From Botryllus schlosseri (taxonomy: Eukaryota), in assembly GCA_051294905.1 (NCBI GenBank), contig CM119382.1:9424001-9488000 (forward strand): a stretch of 64,000 nt of DNA. Direction: 5' to 3'. The notes under the pieces are model-generated. The model saw only the letters and a list, made by a program, of their open reading frames with translations, did not search any database and had not been told where the DNA came from. Shown piece after piece: positions 1-15,900 of the stretch. Positions within the stretch are counted from its first letter, which is position 1. Each line of letters starts with the position of its first letter. A program made the translations under genes and the position numbers.

Positions 1-297
1 TGTTTTAGTCTTGAGACTTGAAGAATCAGGATTGCGTCTCCCATCTAAATTTTTACCTGGTGGAAATTTATGTCAAAATATTACTGTATCATTCACATTT
101 AGATGAACACTAGAAATAGCAAGTACCATGAGTAAAAAATGAGCCATATTATACCTGATTCACGTATAATTGTACAATTGGGCTGTTCAGAAAAATTTTT
201 AAGTACTGCTGGCCTAAGCATTGAATCGTTAACTTGCCTATAAAACGCAAAAAATCAAATTCAGATCAATTTCAACCAGTAAAGTCTGAGTCATAAC

Positions 298-748
298 TAG
301 GCCAAGTTTTTGTTGCAGTTAAATCCGTGGAAAGTTGCATTTATTTTTGACAAAAGTTGCAGTAAAAAGTTGCATTTCTTTTTCCACAAAAGTTACACTA
401 AAAGACCACATTTTGCTCGGTTGACTAAAAAAAAAAGGTCAACTTTCCGGCTCAGCTCCCGAAATACCTGTAAGAGCGTTACTTCAGTGGTGATTTACGG
501 TGTTTCAGTCGAATTTGGCCGTGAATTTCACCAAAATCAAAAATACTTTCATGAAAAATCGAAAAAGTTGCAAAATGTTGCATAAAGTTGCATGAAAAAA
601 AATGGCTAAAAGTTGCAAAAAGATGCACTAGAAGATTCCTTCAAACAGCTTAAAACAGCATTCTACATATCTTACGAGTATTTAGGAAGCTGCCGGAAGC
701 TGTAAAAAGTTGCAAGAGAAGTTGCGAAAGTTGCAAAAACTTGCCCTA
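298..748. mobile_element. Non-autonomous hAT MITE
   Basis: TIRs TAGGCCAAGTTTTTG / CAAAAACTTGCCCTA, exact 8-bp TSD GTCATAAC (290-297, 749-756), many internal AAAAGTTGCA repeats. Confidence 0.88.
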
Positions 749-934
749 GTCATAACAGTCTAGAAATTTGATAATTTTTTGAAATAATAGTATTTACGGT
801 AGCAAATACCGTCTGGATAAATATATCCGGTAAATTGGCTAACAGTGCTTGGATAGTTATGTTAAAGAAACGGTCATACAACTCAAAAACAAAATACTTT
901 CATCGTCGCAATAGACAACTGTATCAATTAATAC

Positions 935-3900
935 CTTTCTCCATGCTCTGCCGTCGATTTTCCTTTTTTCAACTATATAATTCCGTATTTTCGACCCGCC
1001 AGCGTTATCAGGATGCCTCCAGTGCAGCGTGACTGATCTTTTCGTCACGTGCGACACTTCCAAACTGGCCGGGGCGCCCGGCGTGTCGATCACTTGCACT
1101 CTGCAGGAACAGAATCTCATCCCCGCCACGTTGGTGGACACGACGGTGTACGTCCCGCTGTGAACTCGGTTGCAGTTTTCCACAGTCACAAAATATCGGC
1201 CGTCCTTCACGTTGATCAAAACTGATTCGCTAGCGATAAGCGCGTCTTGGTCTTTTTTCCAGGATATCTGAAAAGCATTATGGTAAATCCCATCGGAACA
1301 GGCACGGGTATACAAAATAACATTTCTGTTCAAATGCAGGTGAAAGTAAGGATTTTAACACATCAAAACTACTAAAGTAGAAGTAGAAAATGAATGGCTT
1401 GAAAACAGCTCAAGTAAGTAATTTCAAACTCGAATCCGACTCTAGTGATTCGACTTTCCTTGAGACTTTTTTCAAATTGTAAAATGACTCGACTGACTCG
1501 AGTAAATTTGTGCATTGACTCTATCCAAGTCATAACTCGAGACTAGAACAGCCAAGATCGACATTTCATTGTAACTTCACAGAATAGTTAAGTCACCACA
1601 TTATTGGTCTTTTGTCTATCAGTCCTGAAACTTGGAAAATAGGGCCAGGAACTGTTAAGACTGAGGAGAATTACACTATTATGGATGTGGGACATTCTAT
1701 GTCACTGGAGCAGAGTCGAACGAAGTCGGTCGAAACGGATTACACTCAAAACTCCGACATACATAATGACTTGGATTCGGACTCGAGTCTTAACACTATG
1801 ATTGTGAGTTGGTTACAACCCTGGAACGAGTTGTATTAAGAATGTGACACCGTACTCACCTCAGGTGTCGGCGTACCCGAAATGTCTGCAGACACGCGTA
1901 ACGTCGCCCCAGCTCTTACTTCCAGATAATTTCTCAGCCCGACATCCATGTGGATTGAAGGCGGATCTTAAGAGACACCACGATCCATTTTGAACAGAGA
2001 CATACCAGAGGTAGCCAGCAAGTACTCCCAAGTACTCAAGTACATTTTGCTTCATTACAAGTGCATTTTCTTTCAAATTTTACTGGCTACTTGACTAGAT
2101 TGTTAAGTTGCCTGATAAGAACGCTTCACGCCAATTTTGAATCAATCCCAACCTATATAAGCATTGCTATAATAAAGAAAAGTTTTGGATATATTTAAGA
2201 AAAATGGATATATTATTTTCAAATTTTACTGGCTACCCCATGAAATCGTTTAAGTTGTCTGAAAAAAATCAAAGAATTTGCTACCGTCAATACTATTTTT
2301 TTTTTCAAATTCAAAATGTTGTATTCCAATAACTACGCTTCTACCGGTTGGAATTGAGTCGAATTTGCTGTGTATCGTATTATCACACAACTTAACAATT
2401 TCACCGGGTAGCCAGTAAAATTTCAAGAAATAAAATTACATTTATTTTTATTAAAGAAGTCCCAAACTGTTTCATTATATAGCAATGCTTATATAGGTTG
2501 AAGCCAAAATTATAGTGCAGGTCAACAATTTTATCAAGTAGCCAGTAACATCTGAAGAAAAAAGCTGTTGTTGAACAGCCCTAATGGTTACGTAAAACGT
2601 TTGTAGACTGCATTCACTTCTACTCCCGTTTTTTATTCAAGACCACTGACATTTTATACAGTGCTAAGATAATATACTAGTATAGTAGTTTTGGGTAAAG
2701 TTTGCACCGTTTTTTATGTGTGAAATCACAGAAATACCCATCACAGCAACTGCTGAATATATTTTCGACATATTTGTACCTTTTCGCAACATCAAAAATA
2801 ATTGTGGTGCAGTATACTTTAAGATGCATATTAGAATTTCACCATTAGCCACCATCGACTAACTACCAATAGCATGCGAGCCATCAACAAATTCTACTTT
2901 TCAAAGCTTTTTGCTTCTGAGTACTTTCCATACCATCCATTTCTACTTCCAATCGAAATACCGTTGCCAGATCTTGAAAATTGCTACTTCTACGGTGTTA
3001 CTTCCACTTCTACTGGAGTAGCAACACTGAGCACTTTGACCACTTCTGGATATAATTTTAAAAATAAATATTACCTATCATGTCCTTGACCAGGACGTGA
3101 CGTGATGGCATCGACGGCGGTCCGGTGCCGATTACGTTCATGGCGCTAACACGGAAACGATACTTTGAGCCAGTTTTTAAATCACGTACCACCGTGTTCG
3201 TTTGTGACACAAACAGCTCATCGCCAAATTGCAATTTCTTCCAATCAACGTCAACCTTAGCAATGGCTCAAGTGAACATATGTGATTGCAAATACAAAAA
3301 AAATATCATACCTCATCTTGATATTCCAGCTCATACCCAAGTAATTCACACCCACCAGTTGATTTCGGCGGAGCCCATTCAAGCGTTACCGTTGTGGCAT
3401 CTACATGGGTTATTTTAGGGGCAAGGGGTTGGGACGGTGTGTGCAGTGGGTTAGCGGCTTTATGCACGTCAGACACCTCGCTGTGGTGCCCGGTGCCTGC
3501 CTTGTTAACTGCGCTTACACGGAAGCAATATTTCAAGCCAGAGTCCAAAGAGTTGACCTGATAGAAAATAAGTATATACAGTTTGTATACTGCATACTGC
3601 AGTTGATCTACGTAACTTGGCATGGTATTAGATGAACGCCCCTTTTTCTGATATGAAGCCTATCAGTCCACGTACTACATATATGCTTCATATTATGGTA
3701 ATCTGATATTATTTAAACGATGCATACGCTTACGATATTCTCCCGCAATATGCTTGACTACATAAACTGTGAAATTCTCTCAGTTCGAGAGGCACATATT
3801 ACACAACCTACATTGATCGCACAACTATATTTTGTATCGAGCAATCTCTCTAGGTTGAGACATTGCAAACCAGGATTCAGGTCAACACGAGTTAAGTAAG

Positions 3901-6900
3901 AGTATGGCTTAACCAAATGTGGTTGGTTAGCATCTTTGTTACTTCAGGAACGCAACAAGTTCCCAATCACTACAATACATTCAAAAATAGCTGGCTTGTG
4001 GTGAAGAACTTGAAGATCGCAACACCCAATGCATGAATAAATTATTTAAAACTTGAAACATTATAGGTGCGTCTTATCAAGAGTCATCGGTACATTCTCC
4101 TAATAGTTTACTTTGCTTTGTGTATTTTGTCTGTGGTTTATAACAAATTATGTTGCTATTATACTTCAACCTTTGCTGTTGCCATTGTTACAATGCAAGT
4201 TTCATGGTCTCCAATTTTGATCATTACATCGTACTTTGCCATATTGGTTTTACTTACGAATATGTTTCAATCCCTTTAGTGTCCAATAACTCTTGAGTTT
4301 TAATAAATGTATTCATGCAGTGAATGTTTTATTGATAGCAATGCCTACTAAAATATATTAAATAATACAAATATTTTTACGGAAGATGTGGAATACCTTG
4401 TATAAGCAGGCAGATTTCATATGCCCAGCTACAGGCGTTCGGGAAACTTTCCTCCACCTAGAGCTGTCGCTGTCCTTCATTTCGAGCCAATAACCTTCAA
4501 TCGGTGCCCCGCCGTTTTCTTTCGGCGGTGTCCAGGAGACCACCATAGAGGTGGCGGTGACATTAGACACAACTGGCGTAGAAGGCGCTTGGGGAAGCTC
4601 TTAAATTTTCATATATTTAAAAATAGCGTCATAAAACTATTTAAACTTGAGGTATTTTACCGTAAGGATCCTTGGCAATCGCGGATGGCGACTCAGAAAA
4701 TTTTCCGACGCCTAATCGATTTTCAGCTGCGACTCGAAACTGGTATTCGACACTTGCAGTCAATTTTTTCACTCTGATTAAAGAAAAAATCTTAATGCAA
4801 AGATCCAATGGCAACAATATATAAATACCATAAAAATATTATATAAATATAACGGTATAAATATAAGCAATATAGATCAACTCCCTCACCTGTACTTAGT
4901 ATCAATGACAGAATTGGTTAACGGCGTCCAGTTGCGGTTTTTGCCCTCACGTTTTTCCACGACATAACAAAACAGATCTGCCCCACCGTTATCGAGGGGT
5001 GGGTCCCAAGTTACTGTGAGGTGGTCCTTGGTGACTTTGACGAGACGTACGTTTTCAGGCGGCGCTGGTACATCTGTAACATTACTTCGTTTAGTGCGTA
5101 TCCCAAAACCTTGCCACACTGTTTGTGAATGAGAGAATGCCAAGTTCAACGATCAAAAGTTTAGAAGGTAAGAGTGTCACGCATTAACAGTAACCATCAG
5201 TATTGATGTTCAAAATTTGAAACTTCAAATTAACGGATTTAAGGTGGGTAGATCATAAATAATTAAAGAATTGCCCACCGTGAATACCATATTTTCCAAA
5301 TCCAAAATTTGCTATTCCAATTGTTTCACTTCTACTGGCTGGAATTTAGCCAAATTTCTTGTGCGTCGTTTTTTCAGTCGACCTAACAATTTCATGGGGT
5401 AGCCAGTGAAATTTGAAGATATTTTATATCTATTTTTATTAAATAAATCCAGAGCTTTTTTCTCTTATAGCAATGCCTATATAGGTTGAAATTGCACCAA
5501 AATTGGTGTACAGTGTATTTTAGGTAACCTAACAATTTTATCAAGTAGCCCGACATTTTTCAACATCCCTAGAGACCACGTCTAACAATTTTTAGTGGAG
5601 GGAGCAACCAAATGTCAACATGGTAAAATTTAAGATTTTTCTAGTAATTTCAGTAGATCATATCCGACCAAAAGTGTTTGCACATAAAAATACCTCAATA
5701 GCGAGATGCTCAACCGCATATTATAATATTAGATACACAAAAAACACAAATGGCGACAGAAGTAAAAGTATGCTTGCAAGGAACTAAATATTTAGAGTCT
5801 ACTCACCGTTCACTATCACTGTAACTCTCACAGTCTTGGTGCCTAACGTATTCGACGCGGTCAGATGATAGATACCATTGTCCGTCCGATTGCTCTTGGG
5901 TATAAATATTGTAGCTTCGTTGCCTAACGATGTGCAGTGTTATCAAACCCACTAAACGCGACTTGTGACATCGACTCAAACCTTTGCGAACGACCTGCAT
6001 ACGATCGGTGCTACCGGTTATGGCTGTGTTCCTGTCTTTTGTCCAAGTAACGGTTGGTGTCGGGACGCCATGGATAATAGCCGGTAAATGAATGCAATCA
6101 CCGCCTCGGACCTGGAGAGTGCGATTCACGCCAACGTCGAGGGTGATGTCTGGGGATGCTGAAAATAATGAAGCTGATGATATGTCTCAAAAATTCAGGA
6201 GCGAAAAGCTGACAAAAACGAATGGCATCAATCAGTTTACAGGGATACAATCTGATTTCAGGGATCACAAGTATTCTCATTGTCACTCTGGTTGTCGGAA
6301 TTTCGATTCACCCTGGCTGAAGTTCCTAGCATCAGAAGCACAGGAAGGAGACCGCTAGGGTGAGTATGAGCTCCACAATAAATAAAGTACAACTTTATGA
6401 ATCTGTATTTTGGGATCGATTACCTTCTCCATATCGCTGTATGTTAATATTTTCAGAGTGTGATTTTATGAGGATTAGCAAAATAGCGCTATCAACAAAT
6501 ATAGCTTATGGATAAATGAACTATTTGGTGGCACAAAGCAGTCATGGCAATTTTTAACGATGACGTTACATCATGAACATATAGTATTGAAATTACTTTA
6601 ATTCTGATACATCACACTCTGAACACACTTACCAGGAGGCTCTCGCGCTTCTGTTAACAGCGTCAACACAGGAATACTATCCCCGACATTATTCACGGCC
6701 TTCACTCTCAATATATATTTCATTCCCATGACAAGATCTCCCACTTTCAACGACGTTTCCGTCAAAAGTCGCCTAACAAAACATCAATATTGTGAGGATT
6801 ATGATTTTGGAGATGTCACGTGCTCATGCATAAAAAGAGGGTCTGATCATATTTTAAATGAAACATCAAATATTAAGCACTTCCGGACTAACGTATGAAG

Positions 6901-9900
6901 TTGGTTTCAGACCTGAAAAATATATTGATATTTTTGAGCCACACGAAATGGCATCATAGCTGCTGAAGGTATTTTCTCCCTTCATTAAAATTTGTTGCAC
7001 CATGTTATCAAGCGCCTGGCCAATAAATATATACAGGTATTTCCCTATTTCCATATTCTCGGAGCACTTAATAGATGAGGTCAAAAAACCACAATGTTAG
7101 AAATTTCAACATATTGCAAGATTGACTGTCACAATGTTTCAACGTTTTCAACGCAGTCAAAGATATTTATTTGCTAAATAAACCAGGAATTTTCAGTGAT
7201 ATCATTATCATATCAAAATTTTCTTATTTCTGCAGCATTAATTACGATTAACAATTTATTGATTAATTATTTACTATCATTAATGACTAATGATAAATCA
7301 CTGATGATAACGGATAATGAAAACTGCTACTGTTGAACGTTTTATCTACATTCTTGGCAAGCTACTTAGTAAGGACAGACACTTTCTACACGAGAATGTA
7401 GGAAAGTATCTTCCGTTGTACTACAACAAATTTTAATTATTTCTACCATAATGAGTGATGTAACTACAGGAATTCTTCATAGGTCAAGATTTCGTTGAAA
7501 TAAAGTTTTTTCATGTAAAAATTTGTCAGTTTTCAAGTCAGAAAATGTTTTTCTGGCCAAACTTTTTCGTAAGAACAGACAGTTCCAACCAGAAATGAAG
7601 ATAAGTAGTACAATTCTAACATTATGTGCGAAAACACCATTTAAAAACATGAGTGCAAAATTCTGTCAAAATCAAGTTTTTTAAGGTCAAAAAATGTCAA
7701 AATATTGATTTTTCAGGTCTAAGTCTTCCACTTTACGTCAAAAAGAAATCGCCCTATTGATGACATATGTGACATCGTACTTGCTGCACGGAACCCATTC
7801 ACTGCTTCCTTGCTTCTTCCTGTCCACCGCATACCCATTAACCGCAGATCCCCCGTCGATACGAGGTGGATTCCATTTTATTAACAAAGAATCGTCTTTT
7901 TTCTCAACAACCCTCAAATATTCAGGCCGACCGGGCACAGCTGAAAATGATCCAATTAGATTGCTAATGTGAAATGGGGTGTGATGTTTTTTCGCTTACT
8001 GAGTGCATCTTGACATAAGACAGGTGGACAATTCACGAATGGACCTCGGCCCATTTCGTTTTCGGCACATATACGGAATGCGTACGTCGCCCCTTGAATT
8101 AGGTTTCCAACTTCATATTCAAACTGAAATGCAAAATTATACAATCAGCAACACACTATTTATATCTGCAGTGTTTCATTCATACCATCACTTATTCTAT
8201 GTTATCATGATTACAATGGTCATAAACACATTATATTAAAGATATAATCAATATGTCATGGACACATCATATTATAATTCATGTTGTGAGTGGTTGTATG
8301 AATGAAATCAAATATGATATAATACATTGCTAAATATACTGAAACGCATATATGAATCGAAAATTTAATAGATCTGAGATCTTCTTGAAAAATTGTATCT
8401 CACCCGCAACAAATTGTTGGGGTTGAAAAGGTTTAAGAGAGAGTTGCTATGATCACAGTAATATTTCATCGGCCAATGATTTTCATATTTAAAAGACACA
8501 TTAGGTACCTTTTCAGTTTCCTTCACAGACAGCCACGCCTTCATTGAAGTATTCCTTTTCTCGATGACATATTGCAATATAGGCAAGCCGCCGTCATCCA
8601 CAGGAGCCCTCCATTTTAACCCCGCGGACGAACAGCTGATTTTCGCAGTTTCAAATTCCTATGTGGGCAAATATTACTTCATTAAAACTTGCATACTACT
8701 AAGTACTGTAATTTACTCACAGTTACAACACCAGGGACTTCAAGCACGTTAACGAAACAGGAGCACGTTTTTGTGCCGTATTCGTTTTTGGCTGTTATTA
8801 TGTATTCTCCCCAATCAGCGCGGCAGGCTTTTTGAATTCGAAGTCTTGTTGCTAAAGTTGCAGTTTGATATAAAAATGCGGTATTGTATTCCAGTGTTCA
8901 TAATCTTGACAACTGCAAATTCCTACTTATTAATATTGTTTTCCATTGGAGACATAAAGTCCTCCATGGGATTGGTCATAGTATGTTAATCCAAGTTTAA
9001 GCTTGTGAGTCTTCTCAAAACAACGACTTTGAAAAGGCACTGGTTCCATATACTGTTCTTACCGTTTTGAATTTCGGATACTTCCACGTATTCCGGCAGT
9101 TCCTTCGAATTCTTTTTCAGCCATGATATCTCCGGCCATGGCCTTCCGGAAATACCCGCGGTAATCTCTATAGTTCTACCGCTCCGCACAGATAGTCCAT
9201 CAAGTATATCCGCTCCAAGCTCAACTAACGGAAGATCTGACAAAACAGCTCCTTTCAAAATCTTGAGTAAATTTAGGCGAAACGAGTAAAGAGATGTGGA
9301 AAATCAGCTTGATTTCAACATTTTCACCAGTACAATATCAGAGAGTGCGAAATTAAATATTGTAATAACTACAAACTGAATAAATACATGACTAATATAT
9401 TATATGGTGTCATTGTAAAATATTGGAGCATTTAGTTGTAATAAGCCCAATGCAGACCTAGTAAATCAAAGGATGCACACATCGGCATCACAGTGACAAT
9501 AAATATCCTGACAAGTTCACAATCGTTACATAGTCGCAGCATTAAATTAACCATGATCCACATGACACAACAAAATATTGACAGTAGCGAAATTCCGTAG
9601 TTACCTATCCTTTCTCTGGCAGTGGCTTCAATCTGAACCGGCTTACTCTCGCCAGCCCTGTTAACAGTCTTGACACGAAAATTATAGGTTTTCCCATCCT
9701 CCAAGGAATCCACGCAACACTCGAATTCATCCGTTTTCTTGTCGCAGCATTTCGTCCAAGTTCCATCATCCGATTTCAGTTCGACGATGTAAGACAGCCT
9801 GCGATCTCCGCCATCGTACCACGGAGCGTCCCAGGCCAAGGTAACAGTCGTCTTGGTCGAATCTCGGACTCGTAAATTGCTTGGTACGGCCGGGATACCT

Positions 9901-12900
9901 ATCGGGTCTTCACAGGGGGTCGGATCGGTGGGGACACTGAAGGGTCCGGCACCGGCTGCGTTTTCCGCGCACACTCGGAATTGATACACCGAGTTTTCGT
10001 ACAATCCAGACACCACCTGGAACAAGACATATTATCCTTGGGTTTGATAATTTTACAATAGAGAGAACATCGTTAGGAGTATTGAAAGTATACGACCCAT
10101 TCCAATCAGAGTTATACTATCAACAGAATCAGACGTTCAATGCGTTTCTACCTACGTGGAAACCTTTAAATCTCAATTGGTCATATCACAGCATTCAAAA
10201 CATGAAGTATGAAGCCATTTAGGTTGGAGAAAATGACATTCTATGAAGCCGTGATCAACCTACGCCCTACGGCATCGTCACAAAGTCCAATGAAGTGGAT
10301 ATGATGATAAAAAATTTAGCTTTTTGATGTTGAACTCACATTATTGTCTTTGGGGTTGCATGAAAGGTACATATTTGAACTTCCCATATAAACCATGTTC
10401 TTACAGCATCATCATTAGTGAATACTCGACTGGCGGCCTAATATAATACTCCCTTTGGGATCAAATCACTTGGGTACTCGATTTTGATCAGCGAGAATCA
10501 TTGTACCTTAAACTCGGTCGAATGAATTAATTCTCGGACAAGTCTGGTCCACCGGTTCGTCAGGCTGTCTTTTCGTTCTAATCGGTAACCTGTGATGGTG
10601 CTGCCTCCGTCGTCTGGCTCATTCCAGACTATGTGCATTGACTTTCGGGTGGCTTCCGCAACTGTGGGTTTTTCTGGGGCTGCAGGCTCGTCTGAAAGGA
10701 TCCTCCATGTTAGCATCAATCTCATTACTTATTTCATCAATTGAAAACACAGGATTTCGATACAATGAAACTATTGGTAGTATTCGAAATGACTTTTGGA
10801 GTGGTATTTTAGTCAGGCCTTGGTCTAGACAAGATGCAAATTAGAGATATGCACACTGAATGGGAAACAACTGAAGTTAACGTAAGAGGACAACAATTAG
10901 TGGAAAAGAAGTGGCCTGCATCAGTAAGGGAGGTTCATGAATCATATCGTTGTCTGGGAATCACGAGCCGACTGATGCCTCGATCTGACTGACGTTCTGA
11001 TGAGTAATGTTTCTATGACACGAAATTTGGAGAGTGTCCGGTAGAATTGATAATAAGTGGATCACTACAACGCGGCAGATATATTACATTGGAACAGCAA
11101 GAAAATTCAACAATAATGATCTGCAACATTGGGAACAACTTTAACAATATACAGTAGACCGGGGTAATTTGGACTTGAGGGTAACTTTGGACACTAAGCA
11201 GTAAAACATTAAAGTGGGTATTGATGGAACAGGGTTGCCGCTAGATGTCCAATTCTGTTTAGGAGGCAACAGTACCACAAGTAGTCTCAATAAAAGGTGG
11301 ATTCTTTTCAGTACCAGTTAAACCTGACCCATATTGATAAATTATTTGCGTGGGTGGATTTCATCAGAATTGACGGTAATTGAAATTCTTACAACCAAAC
11401 ATAGATAGCATGTGAGTCATAGATTCAAAACTCGGCAGCAGATACCGCAAAGTAGTCTTGACTAGGGCAAAAATCTCAGCGGACTCACCCTCAGATCAGT
11501 ATAAGAAGATGTGATATTCAAAGTTACCCCCTCAAATTTCGTCAAAACGGGGTCACTTTGGACAGTAGAAAAAGTGATAGTTAGAGCTCTAGTAAGTGGC
11601 TGCTTCATCTGCGTCAAAGTGTATCGTCAACTATATAACTTGCCTCGTGGCTTTTTAAAATGGAATGAGAAGGTTAATAAATTAGGTAAAACTCACGCAA
11701 CAGGCCAGAAATATACTATTTTGTTTCAGTTTTAGCCACTGCTCTAATCAACTCTTACCAAACAAGCCTCATTCAAGAGGTTTCGTAAACAATAGAATGT
11801 AAAGACATACCAAAAACTACATTGTCCAGAGTTACCGCACGTGCCGGGGTAACTTTGGACACAAATAATTTACAAAAATAAGGTACTTATTCATGACCAT
11901 GGAGATTTTGGAGTAGTTAATTCTAATCTTCGCTCCATAACCCCTGAAAAACACAAAACTTGCCTCCCCTACACTCTAACATTTCCCAGATATTTATCGA
12001 AATTATTGAAAACTGTCCAAATTCACCCCGGTTTACAGGTATATTGTTTTGTCAAGCCAAAAGATATTTAGTTAGTATAGTTGCCGGAAATTTATCATTG
12101 ACTAACAATATAAAACACGACGAAATGGCACTTACTGAACGCCATCTTCGCAACGTAAGGTTCGGACTCGAGCCAAACACCTCTGCCGAATTTATTTTCC
12201 GCAGCCACTCGAAACACGTATTCCGTTCCGGTGGTGAGCTTGTTAACACGACACCGATTTGAGGATAATGTCGTGGAAAATGTGGTCCAATTCTAAAATG
12301 ACACAGAGAGAAGCAATAATAATAATCTAGATATGTGGCACGTGTAGAATTGTCCAAGATTCAAATAACATTAGATATCTCCATCAAGTATTTCATCACA
12401 ATGTACCTTTTTCCCAGTTTCCCGAAGCTCAATGGTATAACTCAGGATTTCGAATCCGCCATTATCCTGCGGTGGTTTCCAACGAACCGTGACTGCTTCT
12501 TTAGTACGATCCTCAAAATTCCATGGCGACGAACATATCCCTGGTATGTCTACAGAGAAAGACTTTCAGCATTAAAATTAACCTTCAAAAAGGTTGACTT
12601 TACCTGACACAAATACTTCTACAGATGCAGTGGCTCTTCCCTGGTCATTCTCGACGCAAATAAAATATTTTCCTTTATCACATCTCCTGCACGGGTCAAT
12701 TAGGAGCTCCGTTGTACCATCAAGTATCTAGCAAAAATAATACATTCGTAATTGGCATATGTAATTACCATGACACTAAGATCAATTGAAAATTACAGAC
12801 ATGCAAAATGCTATTAAAAATGTCCCGCCAAACATCACTTGATTAAACCACTTCCTCCACAAATACATTTTATCATTTCACCTCATTCAACATCTCACAT

Positions 12901-15900
12901 TATGGCTACACAATGAGTATATAAACTTCTATGAAAAAAAAAATCACGCACACAGCTCTATTTGGCAATTTAATTACAAACTTGTGTAGCATAATCATAT
13001 CATCATGATTGGCTTTTTTCATATATTATCATCCGCTGGTGAAAAGCGTTGAGGTACGATTATAAGATTCAAACATTCAATAGTTCAATATTATCACCTG
13101 GACAAGATTACGAGGAAAAAACATGCAAATTTACCTTCAATTTTCGAGTTTCCGAGTCTACAACGTCCGATTCTCCTTTGTCGTGATGGATCCAACGTAC
13201 CTCCGGTTTTGGCATTCCGGTGATCACAGCGTTCAACAACAATCTGGAACCGCCCCGTACTTCGATGCCTCGTTTAAGGTGAGCAGCAAAACGTACTGAT
13301 GGAGCAGCTACAAGGAATTTAAAAAGTAGATCTTGATTGATTGACCGTTTTTTTCAGTAGCAATAAAATGATGATTCTCGTTGATGACAGAACTGATAGT
13401 ATAGATAGGAAAGTAAGCCACATGTGCAACTAATGATTGGCACTCATTACTAGTCCAATACAATGCATAGTCAAAGGAGACTAACGTAAATGCCTGAACG
13501 TAACAGTTCTCTGCAGTGGTCGGATTCAATTTTGTTGTCAGCCATTTCTATCACAAAAGTCATATTTTTCAGCCGGTTCTGTTACATAAAGTAACCAGTA
13601 ACCATTAATACTAGCCAGTTGGCTGATGTCATGTATTTTTTTAGAGTTCTATTGAACTAGTGCAAATAGGCTGAATCCGACCACTGGTTTAAGGTCTCCT
13701 ACTCTGATAACAAATCGACAAACACGTACCAATCGGGTCCTTTGCGAATACAGAATGTAAAAGAGCCGGCTGGCTCATGCCTGCTTTATTCTCAGCAAAC
13801 ACTCTATATTCATATTCAAGCCCTGGCGTCAGATTCTCCACAATATACTCCGTGTTAGGAAATTCGCTCGCGTCACATATCCAATTTTCCGACCCTTTTT
13901 CACGAAATTCCACGCGATACCCAGTCAAATGGCATCCACCTTCTTGACGCGGTTTTCTCCAAGACAGTGCGATTGTCCTAGATGTGGAATCGTTGTGACA
14001 TAGTTGCTCCGGGCTTGACGGTGGGGATATCGGGTCCATGGCTTTGACTGTGGACTCCAACTCGGCAGGCTGTCCGCGGCCTATTTTGTTGTGCGCGAAG
14101 ATGCGGAAGTTGTATGACTGCCCGCGAATCAGTTCTGGTACTCTCCATGTCATTTTTTCTGTGTTTAGAGTCACTGTTTTCCACGTGCGCCTACCGCATT
14201 CCCGTCTGTTGCAGACAACACGTGACTGTCAATGTTTTTGGAAAAGAAAGCACACAAGAGGTAGTCGTAGTCAAAGTCAGTATTAAAGTTACTGAAGCAA
14301 CTTCAGAGCCCAACTTTTAATTCATCTGTGTTCGAAAAAACTTACACGCACCGCCTCAAATTTGTAAATATAATGATGAATTTCCTTTGTCTTTTAGTCA
14401 AAAAATCACAACTGATGGAGTTTTAACCTAATATCGTAACGGATGGATTCAAAATTGCACCTTACATTTATCGGAGTTCTATATTAAAATTTTCAAGTTT
14501 CCGCTGGGTTTGGATATTCAATTATCTGAATTATATCATGTCAGCCCATATTAACATGCTTTTCAATGGACTCATATTTCAAGCATATTGGTCTGCGTTG
14601 GAATTCGGTACTACTATATCATACCAGAAAGAAGGTTGCATGATAACATTTAACGGGATTCAAAACAAACTAATTCTCCAAATTACTGTGTGCCGTATAC
14701 AGCATTTAACAGTTCCCTACAACTTACTTTTCAATAGAATAATACAAAATATGTGAACCACCATCGTCGACCGGCTGTTTCCATGACAAAACACACGATT
14801 CGTTACGGATATCGCATACCGTCAATTCTTTTGGACAACAAGGTCGATCTAAGAACAGATATTATAATAGGAGAAATGCATTGACCACGAGCGGAAAGAA
14901 CTTACCAAGGACCGTCACTCTGCAAGACTTGGACACACTGTCCTTCTTATTTGTGACAGTTATATTATATATCCCGTCATCAATCTTGGATGCAGAAGGA
15001 ATGAATATTGATGCGGTATTGTTACAAATCGATGTCTGTCCACAAAAAATATGAAGGTAATGTCAGCTGCCAAGACGTACCACATGTACACAACGATTAT
15101 TTAGAACTCTCTTTTCCACCATAGAGCAAAGCTCTTCGCCTGCCAAGAAGTGTGGATACAACAGTACTATTCACAAATCATACCAACTATGATGTGTGAA
15201 ATATATCACAACTATTCCCTTAAATGAATAGATAAATTCAAAAAAGTTCACCCACCAAAACATGTCTTGCCAGGTCTTTATCCCCGAGTTTCCATGATAT
15301 ATCCGGCACTGGTTTCCCGTCAAACTTCGTAAGAATGCGTAATCTCTCGCCAGCATTAACGATTAGATTTTCTGGTAAGTCTAACGTAGGCGGATCTGCA
15401 CGGAGATCAAATCCCCGGTTAAAGCAGCAGTTTATTTGATACCGTGTGATATTTTTCATACAGTCAGGTTTTTCAACTAGTACTTCTTCCGATTCTTCGC
15501 TTGGATTACCGATCCCGACAGAATTGAAGGCGGATACTCGGAATTTGTACACACGTCCATTGCGAAGGCCTTCAATCTGAATTATAGAGTCAAAGCACTC
15601 AGTAAAACACTTATCGACAGGAAAAATGCTTCAAGGCCGATATCATAGTAAATAGTCTTTAAAAACTCAGTGAGTATAAATAGAGATTTTTCAACACACA
15701 TTAATCCATTTTCTATTATCTATTTGATTAATGTTGGTAATTCAAGTGTAACGGTATGCAAGGTGAGCACAGGACTGAATTCATACAACAAAGCAATGAA
15801 AACTTTGTCTGATAAATCCTATTTACACACATCTAATAGAATTGTAGCACGTTTTATCTACCTAATCACAACGTATGTGTCTCATGTATACATGAAATAC